A stretch of 64,000 nt of DNA. It comes from Gemmatimonadales bacterium (GTDB lineage Bacteria; Gemmatimonadota; Gemmatimonadetes; Gemmatimonadales; GWC2-71-9). Below, piece by piece: positions 55,332-62,649 of this stretch. The stretch covers positions 4,243-68,242 of the forward strand of contig DATDFC010000140.1 of the NCBI GenBank assembly GCA_036522815.1, read 5' to 3'. A program made the translations under genes and the position numbers. Within the stretch, counting starts at the first letter, position 1, and each line of letters begins with the position of its first letter. The notes under the pieces were generated by a model, which was not told the origin of the DNA, did no database searches, and saw only the letters and a program-made list of their open reading frames with translations.

Positions 55332-55862
55332 GTGAACGTACCACATGAGGGTCCGAAGCGTCGCTCGCTCACCGAAGTGCTGGAGATCTCCTGCGCGTCC
55401 AAGCGTGACGCTGCGCAGTTCATGGAGGCTCTCGTCGGCCTGCTTTCGATTCGCGGGTTGGGGCCAGAGGCAACGCGGCCGGAGTCTATCAAGATGACCC
55501 TCGGCCTCTACGCCTTGTGGCAGGACGTGAGTGTCGAAGGCATGTGGAAGTACTTGGAAGAGGGGGGCACCGGCAAGAATATTGACGCAACCGTAACCTG
55601 GTGCCGTCTGATCGGAGCTGAGCACACTGCGAGGTACCTGCAGGCGATCAACGCACTGTTTCCTGACAGACAAGTGCTGGCAGACGATGAAGCCCGGCGG
55701 CGCTTTGTGGACCAGCTCGGCAGACGGGGGACCAAGGATCCGCTTGCAGAACTAGATCGTGAGTACAAGGGAGCTGTGGACGACGTACCGGATCGGTTGC
55801 GGGCGTATCTGAAGGGGCATCTCAAGGAGGTCGAGGCATGGCTCGCGGGAAGCCGGGCGTAA
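55332..55862 (+). CDS. Putative cognate immunity protein (DUF4375/DMP19-like, tentative)
   Basis: It lies 35 nt downstream of the toxin stop. VEGMWKYLEEGGTGKNIDATVTWCRLIGAEHTARYLQAINALFP resembles the NGG..Q.F.N......IGA......A...F pattern of DMP19-C/DUF4375 proteins. The GTG start is uncertain. Confidence 0.45.
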   Translation: MNVPHEGPKRRSLTEVLEISCASKRDAAQFMEALVGLLSIRGLGPEATRPESIKMTLGLYALWQDVSVEGMWKYLEEGGTGKNIDATVTWCRLIGAEHTARYLQAINALFPDRQVLADDEARRRFVDQLGRRGTKDPLAELDREYKGAVDDVPDRLRAYLKGHLKEVEAWLAGSRA

Positions 55863-56302
55863 GGATGTCTACGGAGGGTTATGGTGGCAGCGTGGATCGC
55901 TTTCTCTCCGAAATCGAGCGGTTAACCACGCCGCAGTGGACGCAAGTAAGCGTACGATTCCTTGAATCTGAGGAGGCGATTCGTACGGCCGTCGAGGAAC
56001 CTAGTCAACTCGCGCAGGAGATCGTCATGGGCCGTCTTCCGTCTGCAGACGGGAGAACCAAGGATCAGCGACGTGAGGCCATGAAACAAGCGAACACGCG
56101 GGCGCAGACAATCACGGCGGCGTTGCCCGAAAAGGTAGAACGAGCGGGCAAGGATTTTCCACTCCGGAAGCTGGCTTCTGAGGCTGTTTGGCACGCCATG
56201 CGCGCTCTCCTCGTGCGCGAAGAACTAGAAGCACGTAGAGGCGGTCCGGAGTTGGTAACCATGCTGCTAAAGCAGTTCGACGGCCTGGTAACTCCACCAT
56301 GA
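55838..56302 (+). CDS. Hypothetical helical protein (second immunity-like or orphan gene)
   Basis: A strong AAGGAGG lies 7 nt before the ATG at 55838. It overlaps the previous gene by 25 nt. I recognise no family. Confidence 0.45.
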   Translation: MARGKPGVRMSTEGYGGSVDRFLSEIERLTTPQWTQVSVRFLESEEAIRTAVEEPSQLAQEIVMGRLPSADGRTKDQRREAMKQANTRAQTITAALPEKVERAGKDFPLRKLASEAVWHAMRALLVREELEARRGGPELVTMLLKQFDGLVTPP

Positions 56303-56370
56303 GGTCTCAGCTCACAGCCGGTGAGGAAACGACTTCGCCGAGACCGTGGCCGCGGAGTTCGCAGGAAACA

Positions 56371-56805
56371 ATGCCTCAAACGGCTCGCTTGCAGGGCTTC
56401 ACCCTCATCGAGATCCTCGTCGTCATCGTGGTGATCGCGGTGCTGGCAACCCTCGTCGCGCCCAACGTCTTCAGGCACGTCGCCGAGGCGAAGGACGTCA
56501 CCGCCCGCTCCCAGATCGAGATGCTGGGCGCCGCGCTCGATGCCTACCGCCTCGACAACGGCCGCTATCCCACCACGGCTCAGGGGCTCGCCGCCCTGTG
56601 GCAAGCGCCCGTCCAGGATACCCGGCCCACCAGCTGGAAGGGCCCCTACTTAAGGAAGGAAGTACCGCTCGATCCGTGGGGGCGGCCGTACGTCTACACG
56701 TACCCGGGTCAACACAACGCCGCTGGCTATGATCTCGTGTCCTACGGCGCGGATGGGCAACCGGGTGGCGACGGGGAAGCGGCCGACATCCTGAGCTGGA
56801 AGTAG
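56371..56805 (+). CDS. gspG: Type II secretion major pseudopilin GspG
   Basis: Prepilin leader MPQTARLQG followed by FTLIEILVVIVVIAVLA. The GspG body has DLGAALDAYRLDNGRYPT-type motifs (IEMLGAALDAYRLDNGRYPTTAQGL, WKGPYL, DPWGRPYVY, SYGADGQPGG). Confidence 0.85.
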   Translation: MPQTARLQGFTLIEILVVIVVIAVLATLVAPNVFRHVAEAKDVTARSQIEMLGAALDAYRLDNGRYPTTAQGLAALWQAPVQDTRPTSWKGPYLRKEVPLDPWGRPYVYTYPGQHNAAGYDLVSYGADGQPGGDGEAADILSWK

Positions 56806-56812
56806 CCTCGCC

Positions 56813-58024
56813 ATGCCGGCGTTCGCCTACCGAGCCGTCGACTACTCCGGCAAGCGCGTCCGCGGAGCCGAAGAAGCGCCGAGTCCCGGCGCCCTGACGC
56901 ACGCGCTCGAAGCGCGCGGCCTTGTGGTCGTGGAGGTAGCGGCCGCTGACACTGACCCCGGGCGCAAGCCCGGGGCCCCCTGGGTGCACCTCGGCCGGGG
57001 ACAGGCGGTCCTCGAAGTCACCCGTGCCGTCGCCACACTGCTCCAGGCCGGCTTACCCCTGCCGCGGGCGCTCAGTGCCGCCGCTCACGTCGCCACGCCA
57101 GACACGCGGCAAGTCATCGAGGCCGTGCGCGAACGCGTCGCGCGTGGCGAGTCCCTCGCCGCCGCCCTTGCTGCCCACTCCGCCCTCTTCCCACCGATCT
57201 ACGTCGGTCTCGTCCGCGCGGGCGAACGGAGCGGGGATCTGGCCGGGGCGTTTGCTCGGCTGGCAGAGCAGCTCGACCGCGAAGCCCGGCTCCGCAGCCG
57301 GCTCGTGTCCCTGGCGCTCTATCCATTGATTCTCACCGCGGCCGGTGCAGTCGCCCTGGCGGTCCTCGCGTTCTTCGTGCTGCCCCGCTTCGCCGACCTG
57401 CTGCACAGCACCGGGACCGTCCTCCCACGGTCGACCGCCTTCGTTCTCGGCGTCGCGACCGCGCTCCGCCGTGGCTGGCCGCTTCTGGTGCCCTTCGTGA
57501 TTGCACTGCCGCTGGTGGTGGTCTGGAGTCGCCAGACGGACGAGGGACGCCGGGCAGCGAGCCGGATGCTGTTGCACCTGCCCGCGATCGGCGGACTCCG
57601 ACGGCAGGTCCTCTCGGCGCGTCTGGCGCGCGTGCTCGGCGTCCTGGTGGGTGGTGGCGCGCCCCTGTTGAGTGCGCTCGAGGAGTCGAAAGCCTGCCTG
57701 TCGGATCCGCTGGTCCAGGACGAAGTGGCACGCGTGCATGACCAGGTGCGCGAAGGCGTCCCGGTGCATCGTGCGATCGCCGCTGGAGGTTTCTTTCACC
57801 CGCTCCTGGCGCAGCTGGTGGCCGTCGGGGAAGAGTCGGGCCGGTTGCAGGAGTTCTTCGTCAAGGCAGCCGAGATCTTCGAGGAGCGCACGGAGCGTGG
57901 CGCTCAGCGCCTGGTGACGCTGCTCGAGCCAGCGATGATCGTGACGCTCGGCCTCGTCGTCGCCTTCGTCGCGCTCTCCGTCCTCCAGGCGATCTACGGG
58001 GTCAACGCCGGGGTGCTGAGATGA
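56813..58024 (+). CDS. gspF: Type II secretion inner-membrane platform protein GspF
   Basis: 403 aa with two T2SSF repeats (LLQAGLPLPRAL...; LVGGGAPLLSALE...) and three TM segments. Confidence 0.85.
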   Translation: MPAFAYRAVDYSGKRVRGAEEAPSPGALTHALEARGLVVVEVAAADTDPGRKPGAPWVHLGRGQAVLEVTRAVATLLQAGLPLPRALSAAAHVATPDTRQVIEAVRERVARGESLAAALAAHSALFPPIYVGLVRAGERSGDLAGAFARLAEQLDREARLRSRLVSLALYPLILTAAGAVALAVLAFFVLPRFADLLHSTGTVLPRSTAFVLGVATALRRGWPLLVPFVIALPLVVVWSRQTDEGRRAASRMLLHLPAIGGLRRQVLSARLARVLGVLVGGGAPLLSALEESKACLSDPLVQDEVARVHDQVREGVPVHRAIAAGGFFHPLLAQLVAVGEESGRLQEFFVKAAEIFEERTERGAQRLVTLLEPAMIVTLGLVVAFVALSVLQAIYGVNAGVLR

Positions 58025-58461
58025 GGCGCGGGTTCACGCTCGCCGAAATGCTCGTCGTCCTGGCCATCCTCGGCATCACCGCGGCCGCGGTGGTCCCTGC
58101 TTTCGGTCGAGCGACCCAGGAAGACGCTGTCACCCGCACCGCACGCGACCTGGAAGGCGTGCTGCTCCACGCTCGCGCGACCGCACTCGCGCGCGCCGTA
58201 CCGGTGTGCGTAACGCTGGTCCCTGCCACGGGCCGGTATTGGACCGTGTTCGAGGCTGACGGCGGCCGCCCGGCGATCGATTCGGGAGCCGTTGCGCTCA
58301 CCGGGGGCGTGCGGCTGCAAAGCCCGGGCGATCGCGCGACCGTGCGATTCGGGCCACTGGGCGTGGTGGACGGTGATTCGCTGATGGTCCTCGGGCCCAC
58401 GGGCGCTTGGGCCCTGGTCCTCGATCGCTGGACGGGAGAGGTGCATGTCGAGGCCCGATAG
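58021..58461 (+). CDS. Minor pseudopilin (GspH-like)
   Basis: MRRG-FTLAEMLVVLAILGI prepilin N-terminus. The ATG overlaps the gspF stop (ATGA). Confidence 0.6.
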   Translation: MRRGFTLAEMLVVLAILGITAAAVVPAFGRATQEDAVTRTARDLEGVLLHARATALARAVPVCVTLVPATGRYWTVFEADGGRPAIDSGAVALTGGVRLQSPGDRATVRFGPLGVVDGDSLMVLGPTGAWALVLDRWTGEVHVEAR

Positions 58462-58837
58462 GCGCGGCTTCACGCTGCTGGAGGCGGTGGTCGCCCTGAC
58501 CATCCTCGGGCTCGCCGGCGTCGCGGCGCTCGAAGCGCTCGGCGCCGAAGTCCGCGGCGCGGAGCGGGCACGCACCGCCTCCACGGCCGCCGCCCTGGCG
58601 CAAGACCGGGTCGCCGCAGTGGCCCTCGTGCCTCCGCGCGACCTGGATGCGCTCCCCGATTCCTTCGCGCGTGGCACGTTCGGTCCTCCGTTCAGCGACT
58701 ACCATTGGACCGCGCGGGTGCAACCGGTGCTCGGGGAAGCAGACCTCTACGAAGTCCGCGTCGAGGTGAGTTCGGACGCCGCTCCGTACACGCTCGTCAC
58801 ACGGGTCTACCGGCCGCGACCGCCGAGGCCGTTGTGA
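58445..58837 (+). CDS. Minor pseudopilin (GspI-like)
   Basis: MSRPDRRG-FTLLEAVVALTILGL prepilin N-terminus; small size. Confidence 0.6.
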   Translation: MSRPDRRGFTLLEAVVALTILGLAGVAALEALGAEVRGAERARTASTAAALAQDRVAAVALVPPRDLDALPDSFARGTFGPPFSDYHWTARVQPVLGEADLYEVRVEVSSDAAPYTLVTRVYRPRPPRPL

Positions 58838-59439
58838 ATCGTCGCGGCATGACGCTCCTCGAGCTGGTCGTCGGGCTCACCGTGACGGGCGTCGTGATCA
58901 CGGCGGCTTTCGCCGCCCTCGGAGTCCTTCAGGATCGTGTGGCCCAGGCGGCAGGTGTGATGAATGACGTCACGCGCGCCGCGAACGAACGGGCTGAGAT
59001 TGGGGAATGGCTCGCCGGGGCCCGGCTGACGGTTGAGGAAGGGGGACCCGCTTTCCGAGGGCTCGATGGGACGCGGGACGTCCTGCCCGACGACGAGCTG
59101 ACCTTCCTCACCACGGCTCCAAATCCGCTCGGCACCGGCGAGACACTGGTGCGGATCTACGTGGATCGCGACTCGGCGACGCCGGAGCAAGGGCTGACCG
59201 CCGTGTTCGCCGAGTGGCGCGGCACCGCGATCCGTCGGGTGGAGGTCGATCGGACCGTCCGCGGCCTCGACATCCGTTACCTCTCGACGATCATGGGCCA
59301 GCGCGTGTGGCTGCCCAGTTGGGTGTCGTCCACCGTGCTGCCGGCGGGGGTGGAGCTGCGATTCCTGCCGACCATGGGCGACACGCTCGCGCCTCTGTTG
59401 CAGCTCCCGCTCATCGTGCCGCTGCGGAGGGGCTCGTGA
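58834..59439 (+). CDS. Minor pseudopilin (GspJ-like)
   Basis: A GTG start overlapping the upstream stop gives the leader (M)NRRG-MTLLELVVGLTVTGVV. Confidence 0.55.
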   Translation: MNRRGMTLLELVVGLTVTGVVITAAFAALGVLQDRVAQAAGVMNDVTRAANERAEIGEWLAGARLTVEEGGPAFRGLDGTRDVLPDDELTFLTTAPNPLGTGETLVRIYVDRDSATPEQGLTAVFAEWRGTAIRRVEVDRTVRGLDIRYLSTIMGQRVWLPSWVSSTVLPAGVELRFLPTMGDTLAPLLQLPLIVPLRRGS

Positions 59440-60365
59440 GTCGCCGCGGCTTTGCGCTGCTCGCCGCGCTGTGGCTGCTCGTGGCCTTCTCGGTCGCGAG
59501 CCTCAGTCTGAGCGCATTGGCGCATGAACGGCGGCTCGCTGCCGCAAACCTGGTGGAACGGACCCAAGCGCTCGCTGCGGCGCAGGCCGGAATCGAGCAG
59601 CTGCGGAGCCGCCTGGCCCGGCGACTCTCGTTGCCCGCATCAGCGACATCACTGATCGATCCGTGGCACAGCGTGGACTCGGTCCTGACGGACACGGTGT
59701 CGCTCGACAACGCGCGCTACAGCGTGGCGGCACGGGACGTCGGGACCCAGCTCAACTTGAATCGGGCGACCGAGGACGAGCTGCGGCGGCTGCTCGCGTC
59801 CCTGCGCATCGACGCCGGCGAGGCGGACCGTCTGGCGCAGTGCATCATGGACTGGCGCGATCCCGACGACCTGCACCGGGCGCGCGGGGCGGAGCGGGAC
59901 GCCTACATCGCAGCCGGCGCGCCTGTCCTCCCTCGCAACGGACCGTTCCAGACATTGCCGGAGCTGCTGGGCGTCCTGGGGATGACACCCGAGCTGTACG
60001 ATCGCGTCCGGCCCTATCTCACCCTGTTGGGCTCCGGTCAGGTGAACTTGAACACCGCCGATCGCCCCGTGTTGCTCACGTTGCCGGGCATGACGGAGGA
60101 GGCGGTCGCGGTGCTGCTGCGCTTGCGTCGCGACCGTCATCGGCTCGGCAATACGACAGACCTGGAGCGCGAGCTGTCACCCGGCGCGCGGCAGGTGCTC
60201 GAGCGGGCCCTTGCCGAGCTATTGCCGCAGGTCACGACCGAGATCCGCGAGGTGGTGGTCGAGAGCATCGGCTCCCTGTCGGGAAGCCCCGTCGTGGCGC
60301 GAGTGACCGGACTGTTGGTGCGGTCCGGCAGCACGGTCTTCTACGTCTGGAGCCGGGCGCAATGA
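59436..60365 (+). CDS. gspK: Type II secretion minor pseudopilin GspK
   Basis: SRRGFALLAALWLLVAF N-terminus, then LNLNRATEDELRRLL...DWRDPDD...FQTLPELLGVLGMTPELYDRVRPYLT...VNLNTADRPVL, typical of GspK. Confidence 0.65.
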   Translation: MSRRGFALLAALWLLVAFSVASLSLSALAHERRLAAANLVERTQALAAAQAGIEQLRSRLARRLSLPASATSLIDPWHSVDSVLTDTVSLDNARYSVAARDVGTQLNLNRATEDELRRLLASLRIDAGEADRLAQCIMDWRDPDDLHRARGAERDAYIAAGAPVLPRNGPFQTLPELLGVLGMTPELYDRVRPYLTLLGSGQVNLNTADRPVLLTLPGMTEEAVAVLLRLRRDRHRLGNTTDLERELSPGARQVLERALAELLPQVTTEIREVVVESIGSLSGSPVVARVTGLLVRSGSTVFYVWSRAQ

Positions 60366-61522
60366 GGGCGTTCGGGCGGCGAGCGTGGGTGGGGGTCGCC
60401 CTCGCCGGCGACCGGCTGGTTGCCGCGCTCCCGCGCGGGCGGGAGCTCGAGACCACAGATACGGCAGACCTCCGCCACGTGTTCAAGGAGTTGCGGGCAC
60501 GCTCTGGGCTGGCCCGCGCGACGGTCGCTGTCGCTCTCGTCCCACCCCTGGTGGACGTGCGGACGCTGAGCCTGCCGCCCCTCACCGACGATGAGCGTCG
60601 CCTCATCCTCGAGCGGGACGCGCGGCGCTACTTCGTGGGGCTCGCCGAGCCCTGGGTCGTGGGGTCGCGATTAGTGGGCGGACGGGTCGTGGCGGCGGCT
60701 GCTCAGGCGGCGCTGGTGACGGACCTGGAGGTGGCGGTTGCGGCGGCGGGCTGGTCGCTGGGCGCGATCGTGCCGGCGCATGCGGCATGGGCCGCGGGCG
60801 TGCGGCGGCGCTGGCCGGAGCGCGCCACCGGACAGGTGACGGTGTCCCTGCCGCACGCAACCGAGGTCCTGACGCTGGTTCAGGGCCACATGATGGAGCG
60901 CCGGCGGCTGCGCACCAGCCCGACGCACGAAGCCCTCTTTGCGAATCCCGTTTGCTTCGCTGCTCGATATGCCTCGTCGGCGGCCGGGCCGGAGCTGGTG
61001 TCGCCGGCGCAGCGCATGCGGCGGATGACGACGGCGCGACGGGTCGCGCGCGGGCTCTGGTTGGCGGCGACCGCATGCCTGGTCCTCGCCGTGGCGATCG
61101 ACTACTGGGGCCTCGCACGAGCGCTCGCCGCGGTCAGAGCAAAGCGCATGACGCTCGCACCTCAAGTGACGCGAGCCATGGCCGCGCGCGACTCGCTCGG
61201 AGCGCTCACCGGCGGGATCGCCACCCTGCAACGTCTCACGATCACGGCGCCTCGCTGGTCGGCCTTTCTCACGAACGTGGCTGACTTCCTGCCGCGGGAT
61301 GCCCACCTGGTGGCGCTACGGGCGGCGGGCGACAGCGCAGTCCTCGAGGGCGTGGCGCAACAGGCCGCGGGCGTGTTCGAGGCGCTGCAACAGATGCCCC
61401 GGCTCGCCGGCGTGCGCGCGGGCGCGCCGATTCAGCGTGACGTCCTGCCCGACGGGTCGGTGCGGGAGCACTTCGCCGTCAACACGTGGCTGAGTGGAGC
61501 CGCGGGGCAGGGGCATCCGTGA
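60362..61522 (+). CDS. GspL / PilM-PilN-like bitopic assembly protein
   Basis: A cytoplasmic actin-like N-domain, one TM helix (GLWLAATACLVLAVAIDYW) and a periplasmic domain. Position and ATGA coupling are as expected for gspL. Confidence 0.5.
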   Translation: MRAFGRRAWVGVALAGDRLVAALPRGRELETTDTADLRHVFKELRARSGLARATVAVALVPPLVDVRTLSLPPLTDDERRLILERDARRYFVGLAEPWVVGSRLVGGRVVAAAAQAALVTDLEVAVAAAGWSLGAIVPAHAAWAAGVRRRWPERATGQVTVSLPHATEVLTLVQGHMMERRRLRTSPTHEALFANPVCFAARYASSAAGPELVSPAQRMRRMTTARRVARGLWLAATACLVLAVAIDYWGLARALAAVRAKRMTLAPQVTRAMAARDSLGALTGGIATLQRLTITAPRWSAFLTNVADFLPRDAHLVALRAAGDSAVLEGVAQQAAGVFEALQQMPRLAGVRAGAPIQRDVLPDGSVREHFAVNTWLSGAAGQGHP

Positions 61523-62154
61523 AGCGCTGGCTGCAGCTCGCCCCCGACGACCGGCGGGCACTGCTCAGCGGCGCGATCCTCGTCGCCTCCGCGCTCGCGC
61601 TCCGCCTGGGCGTGCTCCCATATGTTCACGCGCGTGCGGCGCTCGTGGAGCGCCTGCGCGAGCAACAAGCGCTGCTGCAGCGCGAGACGGCCCTGGTCGA
61701 ATCGGCGTCTCGGGTCGCTGATGGCGTCGGCCAGGCGACACGCACTCTCGATCGAGTCAGATCCCGATTGTTGTTAGCGCGTGACCCGCTCGGGGCGGCG
61801 GCGCTGCTCGTCAGGGAGGTGAGCGAGGACGCGCGCGGCCACGGCGTGCTCGTCGAGGCGATCGAGAGTCGGCCCCCGGAATCCCTCGGCGACGATCTCA
61901 CCGGTATTCAGGTCGACGTCCGCGGCCGCGGCGACCTGGAGGGGGTGCTCCGCTGGCTCCACGCCATCGAGACTGGTGATCGATTCCTGCGCGTCGAGCA
62001 GCTGAGTCTCGCCCGGCTCGAGAGCGGCGTGCCCGCCGACTCGCTCGACGTGGAGACGCTGGCCTTCGCGCTGAGCATCCGGGGCTTCCTGCTCGCTCCC
62101 CGCCCCGCGGCGTCGGCGACGGTGGTCGCGGCGGTGGACGGAGCCGTACGATGA
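61519..62154 (+). CDS. GspM / PilO-like bitopic protein
   Basis: The GTG overlaps the upstream stop. There is one TM helix (LLSGAILVASALAL), a coiled coil and a ferredoxin-like C-terminus. Confidence 0.45.
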   Translation: MKRWLQLAPDDRRALLSGAILVASALALRLGVLPYVHARAALVERLREQQALLQRETALVESASRVADGVGQATRTLDRVRSRLLLARDPLGAAALLVREVSEDARGHGVLVEAIESRPPESLGDDLTGIQVDVRGRGDLEGVLRWLHAIETGDRFLRVEQLSLARLESGVPADSLDVETLAFALSIRGFLLAPRPAASATVVAAVDGAVR

Positions 62155-62648
62155 GGGCCGTGCAGCTGAGTGCCGGCGCGCTGGGGTTGGGGCTCGTGCT
62201 CCTCGCGACAGCCGTGCGGCGTGCGACGCACGTCCAGGTCCTCGCGTCCGGCACGGAATCGGCGTTTCCGAGCACCGTCACGTCGGTACCCATCCCGGCG
62301 GCGGGATACGGACTGGACCGGCTGCTCACGGCCTTGGGGAAGGATCCCTTCCACCCGGAGCGCCGCCGTCCCAATCGGCGCTTTCAACTGCCGAGCGACC
62401 TTGCTACCCGAGTCGCACGGCGACCGGATGACCAGCCGGCCAGCTCCCTTCGGCTGATCGGCACGGCAGTCACGGGGGACGCCGGGAGCGGGTTTGCGAT
62501 GTGCGCCTGGCAGGGCGGGACGCCCCGCATCGTGCGGGTCGGCGAGCAGGTGAGCGGGTGGACGCTGGTGAAGGTCACGCCCGGCGCGGCGGACTTCGCG
62601 ACGCCCGGTGGCCGGGTGACGGTGCGCGTACCGAAAGCGGGGACGTGA
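62151..62648 (+). CDS. GspC/PilP-like secretin-interacting protein (tentative)
   Basis: N-terminal anchor. The C-terminal LRLIGTAVTGDAGSGFAMCAWQGGTPRIVRVGEQVSGWTLVKVTPGAADF resembles the HR/PilP beta-domain pattern. Confidence 0.35.
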   Translation: MRAVQLSAGALGLGLVLLATAVRRATHVQVLASGTESAFPSTVTSVPIPAAGYGLDRLLTALGKDPFHPERRRPNRRFQLPSDLATRVARRPDDQPASSLRLIGTAVTGDAGSGFAMCAWQGGTPRIVRVGEQVSGWTLVKVTPGAADFATPGGRVTVRVPKAGT

Positions 62649-62649
62649 C

